A stretch of DNA of 64,000 bases from Verrucomicrobiaceae bacterium (GTDB taxonomy: Bacteria; Verrucomicrobiota; Verrucomicrobiia; Verrucomicrobiales; Akkermansiaceae), in contig JBPOGH010000002.1 in assembly GCA_051252135.1 (NCBI GenBank), positions 64,001 to 128,000 of the forward strand, in the 5' to 3' direction. The notes beneath the pieces were generated by a model. The model searched no databases, had not been told where the DNA came from, and saw only the letters and a program-made list of their open reading frames with translations. The position numbers were made by a program, and so were the translations under genes. This document shows positions 19,404 through 28,476 of this stretch, one piece after another; the first letter of the stretch is position 1; each line of letters begins with the position of its first letter.

Positions 19404-20780
19404 TTACCAGTCGAGATCGGAGCCGTTGCGGGCTTCTTCGAGGTTGGGTTCCCAGACGTTGAACTCGATGCGGGCGAAGGCGCTGAGGTCGAACTCGGCT
19501 TCGCCGAAGACCTGGGAGAAGCCTTTGAGTTTTTTGTCATCCATGGAGATGAGCTTGATGGTGACGAAGCCGCCCTCGGTGAACCAGGCGCGGACGTCTT
19601 CTTTCCACATGCGGGGTTCTTCTTTTTTCTTGAGGTCGAGGCGGAAGGAGCGGAGGCGGTTGACGGGGAGGCTCATGTCGCCGAGTTCGGTTTTGACGTT
19701 GGCGCGGCCTTCGGTGATGCCATTGATGCTGCCGAGGAGGGCGTCTCCGTTGGCGAGGTCGATGCGTTCTCCGGAGAGTCCTTTGAAGATGTTTCCGGTG
19801 GCGACTTTTTCATCGGCATCGCTTGCCTGGGGGAGGTTGCCATCCCACTGGGTGACGGAGATTTGGGAGACGCGGATGGGGTTTCCGGACTGGGGGGTGA
19901 AGATGATCCATTCGCCCATGCCCTCGAGGTCATTGGTGCCTTCCCACTCGCCGATTTTTTTTCCGTCGATGAAGAGGCCGTTTTTCCCATCGGGTCGTTT
20001 GTCGAGGTAGATGACGAACTTGGCGGTTTCCTGTTCGCGGAGGTGGCGGGTGTTTTCGTTGAGGAGGTCGGCGCGGCCCTGGTTGGGGCCGGAGCGGTAG
20101 AGGTGGATGTAGCTGTTCTGGACCTGGAAGGTGTATCCGATGCCGGGGTAGCGTTGTTTGCCGCTGTCTGCGAGGAAGCTGATGCGGAAGTAGGGGGAGC
20201 TGCGCCAGGCGACGTCGAAGGAGAGTTTGACGCGCTCGCCCATTTCGATTTGGCGGGCGATGGAGTTGCTGGATTTGGAGATGAGGGAGCGGTTGCGGTA
20301 GGCCCAGTGGTCGGCGACTTTTCCGCTGGAGGAGATCCAGCCGTCGAGTCCGGTGGGTCCGCTGTAGAGGCTGGGGGATTGGGCGTAGATGTTGAGTTCC
20401 TTGACCATGGTGCGCTTGAGCTTGAGCTCGCCGGCGTACCAGGTGTTGAGGGTGACGACGTCTTCATCGACGCCGACGAGGGTGCCGCGGATGGTGTCCT
20501 GGGGCCGGTCGTCGAAGCGGGGCATGACGGTGGCGAGGGCGTAGTGGTCTTCCTCGGGGGTGGTGCCCTCGTGCTGAAGGTGGAGGTCGAGGAGTTGGGA
20601 GGTGTTGAGGGAGGCTTGTCCCTTGAGGAAGGGGGAGGTGAGGGAGAGGGTGTTGGTGGCGGGGTCGACCTGGAGGATGTCACCGGAGATGACGGATTGA
20701 TCGGCGAAAGTGAGTCGGGCCCGGGGCTCGGCGAGGAGAGGGGCGGCGAGGAGGAGGGTGAGGCTGAGAATTCTCATCAT
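19404..20780 (-). CDS. Secreted hypothetical protein (paralog 3)
   Basis: Signal peptide; shared motifs TWYAG.L, LYSGP..LDGW, V.W..SP. Confidence 0.8.
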   Translation of the reverse strand: MMRILSLTLLLAAPLLAEPRARLTFADQSVISGDILQVDPATNTLSLTSPFLKGQASLNTSQLLDLHLQHEGTTPEEDHYALATVMPRFDDRPQDTIRGTLVGVDEDVVTLNTWYAGELKLKRTMVKELNIYAQSPSLYSGPTGLDGWISSSGKVADHWAYRNRSLISKSSNSIARQIEMGERVKLSFDVAWRSSPYFRISFLADSGKQRYPGIGYTFQVQNSYIHLYRSGPNQGRADLLNENTRHLREQETAKFVIYLDKRPDGKNGLFIDGKKIGEWEGTNDLEGMGEWIIFTPQSGNPIRVSQISVTQWDGNLPQASDADEKVATGNIFKGLSGERIDLANGDALLGSINGITEGRANVKTELGDMSLPVNRLRSFRLDLKKKEEPRMWKEDVRAWFTEGGFVTIKLISMDDKKLKGFSQVFGEAEFDLSAFARIEFNVWEPNLEEARNGSDLDW

Positions 20781-20791
20781 GGGTGTGAGAT

Positions 20792-22114
20792 CTACTGGGA
20801 TTTGGAAGAGGGTTTGGCCTTGGGGAGTTCCTCGCTGCTGATGGCGTTGAGGGCGCGGCGGTCGAGGGTGAGTTTGCCGAGCCAGGGGTGGCTGGCCTGG
20901 AGCTTGTCATCGCTGAGAGTGATTTCGGAGAGCTTCAGTTTACCGTTACCGCTGAGGGATAGGGAGTAGCTGGCTTTCTTTTCTCCGGGGAGTTCGTCTT
21001 GGGCGAAGTAGAGGACTGAGGAGCGGTCTTCAGGGATGAAGATGGCTTGTTCGAGGAGGGGGCTTTGGACCTTGAAGGCGGGTTTTCCCTTGTGGTCGAT
21101 GCGCTCGAGGATTTGGCCGGAGTAGCGGTCACCCTCATCGGTGGCGAGGGTGTCTGTTGATTTATCGGTGCGGGGTTCGCGGCGGAGGAGCTGGGTGACG
21201 GCGTCCCACTCACGGATTTCGATTTTAGAAACGGTGGCTTGCTGGCGTCCGGAGGATTGGCTTTCGAAGATGATGTTTGAGCCGGTGGGGACGGGGTGTG
21301 GATCGGTGGCTTCGCCTTGGCGTTCGCCATCGGTGTAGAGGATGATGCGGTTGGTGGAGCGGTCTACGCGGACTTCGATGAGGGCTTGGCGTTTGGTGAA
21401 GTCATTGGCGCGCTTGGTGGTGCCGCCGAGGATGACGGGGTGGCTTGATTTGCCGTCCTCGCTGGGGACGTTGCGATAGATTTGGATGCCCTGGCTGTTG
21501 AGCTGGAGGTAGTAGGCCTCGGTGTTTTTTTGTCCGTCGGTGGCGTCACTGCAGAAGTGGATGCGGAGGTTGGGAGAGTTTTGCCAGCTGACTACGGTGC
21601 TGAAGATGAAGCGGTCGGGGAGGTTCATGTTGCGCCCGATGGAGCCGCGATCATTGGAGCGGAGGGTGTCTTTGTTGAATTCCCAATCGTCGTCGTGGGT
21701 CCAATCGTTGAGTTCTTTGGGGCCGGAGTAGAGGAGGCGCTGGGGGGTGACACCGTAGTAGACGGAGTCGATTTGATTCCTGGGGATGGAGATGGGTCCG
21801 GCGAACCAGGTTTGGAGTTCGAGGGCCTTGTCATTGAGGCCGCTGATTTCGCCCGGGATGACGTCGCCATTCCGCAGGTTGACCTGATGGGGGTGGGTGG
21901 GGAGTTCGGTGAGGTCCCTTTTTTCGAAGGAGAGGCTCTTGAGTTCCTTGCTGAGGATTTCGAGAGGGGCTTCGCTGTGTGGGCTTTTGAGCCGGATGAA
22001 GCCATCGGAGAGGCCGACGACTTTTCCGGTGAGGTGGTCGCCATTATGAAAGGTCACCGAGTCCTCCGCGAGGGCGGTGAGACTGAGGATGGAGATGAGA
22101 AGGGCGGCGCGCAT
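20792..22114 (-). CDS. Secreted hypothetical protein (paralog 2)
   Basis: Signal peptide from ATG 22114; F.NGD.L.G, TWFAG, LLYSGPKELNDW. Confidence 0.8.
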   Translation of the reverse strand: MRAALLISILSLTALAEDSVTFHNGDHLTGKVVGLSDGFIRLKSPHSEAPLEILSKELKSLSFEKRDLTELPTHPHQVNLRNGDVIPGEISGLNDKALELQTWFAGPISIPRNQIDSVYYGVTPQRLLYSGPKELNDWTHDDDWEFNKDTLRSNDRGSIGRNMNLPDRFIFSTVVSWQNSPNLRIHFCSDATDGQKNTEAYYLQLNSQGIQIYRNVPSEDGKSSHPVILGGTTKRANDFTKRQALIEVRVDRSTNRIILYTDGERQGEATDPHPVPTGSNIIFESQSSGRQQATVSKIEIREWDAVTQLLRREPRTDKSTDTLATDEGDRYSGQILERIDHKGKPAFKVQSPLLEQAIFIPEDRSSVLYFAQDELPGEKKASYSLSLSGNGKLKLSEITLSDDKLQASHPWLGKLTLDRRALNAISSEELPKAKPSSKSQ

Positions 22115-22119
22115 GAAAA

Positions 22120-23874
22120 TTAGAAGTCGGTAATCCACTCATCGAGGGCATCGGGGCCGTCGGCGAACTGGAGGAGGATTGCGGAGTCGAGGTTGATCTT
22201 GAGGTCGCCGAGGATGGGGGATTTTCCGGAGAGGGATTTCTCGTCGGAGGCGATGGGGGAGAGGGAGATTTTACCGAAGGGGTTGAAGCGCATGATGCCG
22301 GTGCCGGAGTCCCAGTCGAGTTCATCGGGGTCGGCGAGGGTTGAGGTGCTGAACTGGAGTTCGGAGAGGTCGGCGAGGGGGATGGTCATGTCGGCGAAGG
22401 GTCCTTTGAAGGCGACTTTGCCGTCTTTGATTGAGGAGACCTGGCCGGAGAAGCGGTCGGTGCCATTGGTGAGGAGGGCGATGTCCCGTTCATCGTGGAC
22501 GAGGCTGCGGGCGGCGTCCGGGGTGCCATTCCAGGAGGTGACGAGGACGTCGGAGATTTTGAGTCGGCAGTTGCTGTTGGCGCCGAATCCGATGCCGCCG
22601 CCTTTTCCGGCGTAGCCGTCGAGGTCATTCCACTGGGCGAAGTATTGGCCATCGACGTAGAGGTAGACGGTGCTTTTGTTACGATCGAAGCGGAGGTCGA
22701 AGTCGGCCTCGCCGGTTTCTGCGAGGCTGATATTGGCGCGGGTGGCGCGAAGGCTGGTGACCTGGGGTTGTCCGTCCGGGCTGAAGGAGGCGCGGTTGAG
22801 GGTGGGGTAGCTGGAGTAGAGGGTGAGGACGTAGGCGGAGCCGTAGGTGAGGGCGTGGTTGCCGCTGCCGCCGTTGTTGGCCATCCATTCGACGGCCTGG
22901 AAGGTGTCGCCTTTTACGTGATCCGAGATGGTCTCGAATTTGAGGGGGGCGGGTTCCTTGGGTTCTTCTTCGGCTGCTTCCGGAGTGTCCTCTTCTGTTT
23001 TGGGTTCGGCGTCCTCAGCGACTTTTGCGACTTCTTCCTTGGGTTCCGGGGGGAGGGGGCGTTTGAAGTCGGCGTGGAAGGCGATGGAGATGTTGAGGCG
23101 GTTTTTCCAGGAGGCGCGGAAGCGTAGGCGTCCGACATCGGGGAGGTTGGCTTGGCGGAGGAGGGGGAATTGTCCGGTGGAGTAGAAGGCGGCGCCGGAG
23201 TAGATCCAGGGAGGAGGGGGGAGTTCTTTTTCTTTTTCCTCTTTGTCCTTCCCGTTATCGGCGGGGGCTTCCTTGGCGTCCGCGGGGGCGACGGGTTGGT
23301 CGGCTTCGCGTTCGCGTTTTTTTTCTTCCTCGGGTTTGATGCGGTCGGCCATGATCCAGCCGTTGCTGGTGAAGGGGCCGGCGTAGAGGAGGTTGCCGTC
23401 GAAGGGGTTTGGGGTGAGGGATTTGATTTGGTCGCGGGCGATGCGGAGTTGGCCGGTGAGGGGGCTGTCGAGGAGGAGTTCCTTGTCGTCGAGGGAGATG
23501 ATTTTTCCGGGGATTTGGTCGCCGCTGATGAGGGAGACGTAGGCCTGGTCGGGGGTGGCGGCGAGGTTTTGGCCGCCTTTGAAGATGACCTGGCGGATGT
23601 TGTTGAGCTGGAAGCGGATGGGTTGTCCGATGTCCGGGCGGTTCCAGATGACGCCGTCATTGAGGCCGCGGAATTCTCCGTGCATGATGTCGCCATTGGT
23701 GAAGCGGAGGAGGTCGGTGCCGGCGGGGTCGGACTCGGGGAGGTCGAGGTTGGTTTGGATCTGGCCCTGTTGTTTGACCTGGTTGAAGCCGGCGATGCGG
23801 AATCCACCATCCTCCCATGCGGAGAGGGGGGATGCGAGAAGCGCCGTGAGGGTGAGTGCGGTGAGGAGCTTCAT
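22120..23874 (-). CDS. Secreted hypothetical protein (paralog 1)
   Basis: ATG 23874 overlaps the upstream TGA; signal peptide; FTNGD..HG, LLYAGP...GW. Confidence 0.8.
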   Translation of the reverse strand: MKLLTALTLTALLASPLSAWEDGGFRIAGFNQVKQQGQIQTNLDLPESDPAGTDLLRFTNGDIMHGEFRGLNDGVIWNRPDIGQPIRFQLNNIRQVIFKGGQNLAATPDQAYVSLISGDQIPGKIISLDDKELLLDSPLTGQLRIARDQIKSLTPNPFDGNLLYAGPFTSNGWIMADRIKPEEEKKREREADQPVAPADAKEAPADNGKDKEEKEKELPPPPWIYSGAAFYSTGQFPLLRQANLPDVGRLRFRASWKNRLNISIAFHADFKRPLPPEPKEEVAKVAEDAEPKTEEDTPEAAEEEPKEPAPLKFETISDHVKGDTFQAVEWMANNGGSGNHALTYGSAYVLTLYSSYPTLNRASFSPDGQPQVTSLRATRANISLAETGEADFDLRFDRNKSTVYLYVDGQYFAQWNDLDGYAGKGGGIGFGANSNCRLKISDVLVTSWNGTPDAARSLVHDERDIALLTNGTDRFSGQVSSIKDGKVAFKGPFADMTIPLADLSELQFSTSTLADPDELDWDSGTGIMRFNPFGKISLSPIASDEKSLSGKSPILGDLKINLDSAILLQFADGPDALDEWITDF

Positions 23875-24854
23875 TTTTCGTAGATGGGGAGAAAGCGGTA
23901 GTTGAGGGCGAGGGAGAGGAGGGCTCCGGAGGTGGAGAAGGCCTGTCCTTTGCTGCCGGGGAAGGAGCCGTCGTTGGCTTGCAGGACGGACATGTAGCGG
24001 ATGTTTTTGGCATTCCATTCGTTCCACATTTTTTCGTCGGCGTGGAAGAGGGCCTGGGACATGTAGTATTCGAAGTAGTAGGGATAGTACTTGTCGCGGT
24101 AGTTGAGGCGTTTGCCGAGGTATTTGGCGCTGGACTGGAAGCTGCGGGAGTCGTGTTCTTTGGCGAGGGCCTGGCAGAGGAGGCCGATGGCGGTGAGGGT
24201 GGGTTTGTCGCCCATGCCGGAGGTGTAGCCGTATCCGCCGTCATTTCCGCGGCATTTGGCCATGTATTTGGCGCCTTTTTCGAGGGCGGCATCGGGGACG
24301 GGGATGCCGGCATTGCGGGCGGCGTAGAGGGCGACGAGTTGGCAGCCGGAGACGGTGGAGTCCGCATCGCTGCTTTCCGGGCTGTAGCGCCAGCCGCCGC
24401 GGGAGTTTCGTTTTTGGGCGGAGAGGATGAGGTCGACGGCTTTTTTGAGGGCGGGGGCGATGCGGTCATCGCGGTACATGCCGTAGCACTCGGCGAGGGC
24501 GAGGGTGGCGAAGCCGTGGCTGTACATGCTGGAGCCGATGTATCCGTTGGTTTCCTTTTGTTGGCCGAGGATGAAGGTGATGCCTTTTTGGATATTGGCG
24601 GCGTAGGGACCGTGGTTTGGGTCTTCGCCGTGGGCGAGGAAGGCCATGATGCAGAGTCCGACGACGCCGGGCTCGGAGCCCATGCTATCGGGCCATGCGC
24701 CTTCGTCATTTTGGGAGGTGGCGAGGTAGCGGAGTCCGCGGTTGTAGATGTTTTCTACTTGAGCGGGGATGGGGTCCTCCTCACGACGGGGGATGGACTG
24801 CCCGAAGAGGGGCAGGGAGAGGACGGTCAGGAGTGAGATCGTGAGGAGGCGCAT
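23871..24854 (-). CDS. Secreted prenyltransferase/squalene oxidase repeat protein
   Basis: QW-type repeats QNDEGAW, MYSHGFATLALAE, GGWRY, DGGYGY, QANDGSF. Confidence 0.88.
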   Translation of the reverse strand: MRLLTISLLTVLSLPLFGQSIPRREEDPIPAQVENIYNRGLRYLATSQNDEGAWPDSMGSEPGVVGLCIMAFLAHGEDPNHGPYAANIQKGITFILGQQKETNGYIGSSMYSHGFATLALAECYGMYRDDRIAPALKKAVDLILSAQKRNSRGGWRYSPESSDADSTVSGCQLVALYAARNAGIPVPDAALEKGAKYMAKCRGNDGGYGYTSGMGDKPTLTAIGLLCQALAKEHDSRSFQSSAKYLGKRLNYRDKYYPYYFEYYMSQALFHADEKMWNEWNAKNIRYMSVLQANDGSFPGSKGQAFSTSGALLSLALNYRFLPIYEK

Positions 24855-24857
24855 CGG

Positions 24858-25499
24858 TTATTTTTTGGCTTGGGATTTGTTGTAGGCGTCGAGGGCTTTT
24901 TGGAATTCGGGAGGAAGTCCGGCCCCGGAGCGACCGGTGGATTTGGGCACGCGGCGTTCGGCGGTTTTTCCGTCGTTGGGACCACCGGAGGCTTCGTTGG
25001 CGGCCTCGGAGTCGCCCTTCATGCCTTGTCCGGCTTTATCACCGGCTTGTTGTCCGGGTTTTTGGTCGGGCTGACCTTTGCCCATCATTTGTTGCATCAT
25101 TTCTAGCATGGCACCCATGCTTTGTTGGCTGGAGGGTCATCCGCCACTGCTTTGTCATGTGCTCTTTTCTTTGGCGGCCTCGTAGATTTTTTCGATGATC
25201 TCGGTTTGGGTGGCGATGGTTTCGCCGCCGGTGTCGCGGGCGTCGAGCTTATCGATGGTCTCGGCCATGAGGGTTTCGACTTCGGTGAGGAGTTCGATGA
25301 CCTTGGGGTTGGTTTGTTCATCGACGAGTTCCTGGACATCGGCTGCGACCGAGTCCTGATCTTCCGAGAGCTTGGCAGTGCCTTTATTGTGCTTCTCGGT
25401 GGCCTCGGCCTTTTCTTTGGCGGTGGCCTTCTTCTCTTCCGCGAGCGCCGGGGCAATGAAGCCGGCTCCGAGGAGGAGAGTGAGGATGGTGTATTTCAT
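24858..25499 (-). CDS. Exported 213-aa protein with two in-frame TGAs (candidate Sec115 and Sec121)
   Basis: ORFs 25155-25499 and 24858-25118 are in one frame: AAKEKST-TGA-QSSGG-TGA-PSSQQSMGAMLEMM; a hairpin follows each TGA; signal peptide; fills the operon slot exactly. Two genes or a pseudogene are alternatives. Confidence 0.6.
25105..25146 (-). promoter_or_regulatory. Two tandem SECIS-like hairpins
   Basis: TGGCGGA-TGACCC-TCC(A)GCCA (25146-25126; loop G at +17 from the first TGA) and AGCATGG-GTG-CCATGCT (25121-25105; loop at +23 from the second TGA). Confidence 0.5.
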
Positions 25500-25530
25500 A
25501 GATTGGTTGGGTTAGGATTCGTGGGAAAGT

Positions 25531-28248
25531 TTAGTTTGGGGTTTTGCGGAGTTCCATTGAGCGCATGAGTTGCTCAAGGGAGCGGGTGCGGGAGCGGATG
25601 TCTTGTTCGGCTTGAACCATGCGCATGACTTTGAGCATGAATTCGAAATCCTGTTCTTCGGGGCTGCCACCGCCGCCACCACCACCACCGCCGCCGCCGC
25701 CGGGTTCACCTTCGAGCTTCTTGGCCCATTCGGCGAGTTGGTCGCTCCATTTTTTTGCTTCGATGGCGGAGAGGAAGGCGTGGTTATCGGAGATGCGTCG
25801 GCGCAGGGCTTCGAGCTTGATGCTGATCTCGGACTCCTTCATGGCGTCGAGGATTTCCTTGTGCTCCTTTTTTTGAGTGCGGGTGTGGAAGTGGCCGAGG
25901 TCTTCCTGAATCCAGCGGATGTCGCTGGTGGTGCGTTGTTGTTGGTTGGAGAGGGAGTCGAGGAGGCGGGCGAAGACGGGGTCGATGGATTCCTCATCGT
26001 TGGTGGCGCCGAGGAGGGAGGAGGCGGCTTTTTTACTCTCGGGGGAGTCGCCGGTGAGGGCGGATTTGAGGCTGCCGGAGATGCCGCCTTCATCGGAGGA
26101 GGCGCGCTTGAGGCGGTTGATGAAGGTGGAGGCCTCGAAGTTGTCGTTGGCCTCGTTGGCCTTTTCGATGGTTTCCTGCATTTTCTTGAGAGCTTCCTGT
26201 TGCTTCTCGATGGCTTCCTTGAGGTCTTTTTTGGCCTTTTCGGGGGTGGACTTGGCGTCCTGGGAGTCGTTGAGTTTTTGTTCGACCTGGGGGAGGTCTT
26301 GTTCGCCGAGTTCCTTCATGTTCTGCATCGAGTCGGCCATTTTTTTCATGGTGTCCTTATCGATGGTTTTGTTGCGGGCGGCGTCCTTGAAGAGCTCTTC
26401 CATTTTCTTGGCGAGCTCCTGCATTTTTTCGGCGTTTTGATTCTCGGCATCCTCCTGGGCGGCGAGCTTGTCCTTGGCTTCGTCCTTTTGGAGGTCTTCG
26501 GGCTCGTTCTGTTGGTCGAGGCGGCGGTTGTTATCGAGGTTGTTCTGTTCGCGGCGGGCGGCGTCCTCGAGTTCACCGATGAGGCGGTCGAAGCGGAGTT
26601 TGAGTCGCTGGGCGTGCTCATCCGGGGTGAGGATGTAGATGACGATGGGCTCGGAGATGCTCATTTTGTCACCGGGCTGGTAGTCCTTGGCGTAAGCGGC
26701 GAGGAGGAGTTTCTGGGGGGTGATGCCGTGGGTTTTGGGCGAGAAGATGGCTTGTTCGGAGAGGCGGGTGATGCTGGGGCCGCCGGTTTTGAGGACCATG
26801 TCGCCGGAGGCGGGTGATTCGCTGGTGGGTTTGGTGAATTCGCCCTTCCATATGAGTCCGATTTCCCTGAGGCCGAAGTCGTCCTCCGAGATGATGTCGA
26901 ATTCGAGGGTTTGTTCGGCGAGGATGACGATCTGGCGTTCGATTCCCTGCATGTAGGAGACGGGGTATTGATCGCGGGCGGAGGTGATTTTGAGTTGGTA
27001 GGTGGTGGCGGCATCGAGGCCTTTGACATCGGTCCACCGGAGGGGGATTTCGAGGTGGTGGCCGGCGAGTTCGATGACGGGGGAAGTGAGGGTGTTGTCA
27101 GCGACGGTGAGGTCGAGATTGTAGGGCTCGGGGAGGACGGGAGCGGGGGTGGCCTCTTCCTCGGGGATGCCGAAGTCGGCGAGGGGGGCGTCTTGTTCGA
27201 CGGGTTGGGCGGTGACGGATCCGGAGGCGAGCTCGAGGGCGCGGGAGAACTCGCCCTTGAGGGTGACTTTGCTACCGGCGAGTGTGGTGAGGGAGCCGGA
27301 GCGGATGTCGATGACGCGGGGCTCGAGCTGGAGGTAGTCGGGAAGGGTGACGTGGGCCTCGAAGGCGGTGAGCTCGGGGCGAATCTCGGGCTCGATGCGG
27401 ATGCGGTGGATGGCATCGCCGGCCTTGAGGGTGAGGGTGTCGCTGGCTTGCTGGCCGGTGAACTCGAAGCGGTAGGCGTTGTCGTCGTCCAGGCTGCTTT
27501 CGAGCCAGTTTTGGTTGCCGTAGCGGGCTTCGGCGAGGTCGGGCTTGTCATCGGTGGAGTCCTTGAGGGGGACGGTGATGACGAAGGGCTCGTCGTAGGG
27601 GACGGTGTAGGGGTTGGGGAGTCCGGAGAGGTCGAGCTGGGTGAAGGTGTAGCGCTCGGTATCGGAGAGGGGCATGAGCCAGCGTTTGAAGGCGTTGGCT
27701 CCGGCCTTGGGGGCGAAGGAGAATCCGGCGATGACGAGGGCGGTTCCGAGGGCGACGCCGAGAGCGAGTTTTTTGTAGTATGAGGTGGGGAGGGCCTCGG
27801 TCATGTCCTTTTTCCCGGCTTGGCGGGCGACGTGGGCCATGGCGGCGGCGCGGAGGGCGGGGGAGAGGGACTGGATGGATTCCTGTTGGTCCTGGAGTTC
27901 GACAACGCCGAGGAGGCGGTCACCGAGTTTGGGGAATTTTTTGGAGATGAGTCGGGCGAGTTGACCCTCGCGGCGGTGGCCGTAGACCCAGCGGCGGAGC
28001 ATGATGGGGGCGAAGACGGCGAAAAGGGAGGTGCCGGCGATGAGGATGCCGAGGCGGGCGAGGGGCGGGGTGGGGACGATGCGGTCGAGGAGGAAGACGA
28101 GGAGGAAGGAGACGATGAGTCCGAAAAAGCCGGCGAGGACGGCTTCGGTGACCTTGGTGCGCCAGAGTTGGCGTTGGAAATCGGCAAGTTGCTTCTTCAG
28201 CTCATCGGGAATGGGCGTGAGCGGAGGCTGAGGGTCGGAATCGGACAT
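25531..28248 (-). CDS. Large membrane protein with coiled-coil C-terminus (DUF4175-like architecture)
   Basis: Three N-terminal TM helices, LGDRLL..VEL, P.YL, DDFGL, Q/E/K-rich helices and a poly-Gly tract. Confidence 0.8.
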   Translation of the reverse strand: MSDSDPQPPLTPIPDELKKQLADFQRQLWRTKVTEAVLAGFFGLIVSFLLVFLLDRIVPTPPLARLGILIAGTSLFAVFAPIMLRRWVYGHRREGQLARLISKKFPKLGDRLLGVVELQDQQESIQSLSPALRAAAMAHVARQAGKKDMTEALPTSYYKKLALGVALGTALVIAGFSFAPKAGANAFKRWLMPLSDTERYTFTQLDLSGLPNPYTVPYDEPFVITVPLKDSTDDKPDLAEARYGNQNWLESSLDDDNAYRFEFTGQQASDTLTLKAGDAIHRIRIEPEIRPELTAFEAHVTLPDYLQLEPRVIDIRSGSLTTLAGSKVTLKGEFSRALELASGSVTAQPVEQDAPLADFGIPEEEATPAPVLPEPYNLDLTVADNTLTSPVIELAGHHLEIPLRWTDVKGLDAATTYQLKITSARDQYPVSYMQGIERQIVILAEQTLEFDIISEDDFGLREIGLIWKGEFTKPTSESPASGDMVLKTGGPSITRLSEQAIFSPKTHGITPQKLLLAAYAKDYQPGDKMSISEPIVIYILTPDEHAQRLKLRFDRLIGELEDAARREQNNLDNNRRLDQQNEPEDLQKDEAKDKLAAQEDAENQNAEKMQELAKKMEELFKDAARNKTIDKDTMKKMADSMQNMKELGEQDLPQVEQKLNDSQDAKSTPEKAKKDLKEAIEKQQEALKKMQETIEKANEANDNFEASTFINRLKRASSDEGGISGSLKSALTGDSPESKKAASSLLGATNDEESIDPVFARLLDSLSNQQQRTTSDIRWIQEDLGHFHTRTQKKEHKEILDAMKESEISIKLEALRRRISDNHAFLSAIEAKKWSDQLAEWAKKLEGEPGGGGGGGGGGGGSPEEQDFEFMLKVMRMVQAEQDIRSRTRSLEQLMRSMELRKTPN

Positions 28249-28476
28249 GGGTGAAGAGGAGGGGCAAGGGCCCCATCATTTAGGGTGATACTCTCGCAGG
28301 TCAGCAGCACTGGTGCCAGCGGGAATTTCAGTAAGACGATCTTCATTTAAACGACGCCGGAGGGGTGATTTTGTCGGGATTTTTGGGTGGAATGGCGAAA
28401 GGGGGGGGATTTCGGGGGTGATCTTTAGTGTCGCCGGCCGGAAAGGGGGGTGAAAGGGGGGCGGGGTGCTGCGGGC

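Noticed and set aside
23871..24854. Squalene-hopene cyclase (shc) assignment
   Set aside because: Only 327 aa, has a signal peptide and lacks DxDD; kept as a family-level call.
25664..25703. CCG/CCA trinucleotide tract
   Set aside because: It encodes an in-frame poly-Gly linker, so length change would not switch frame.
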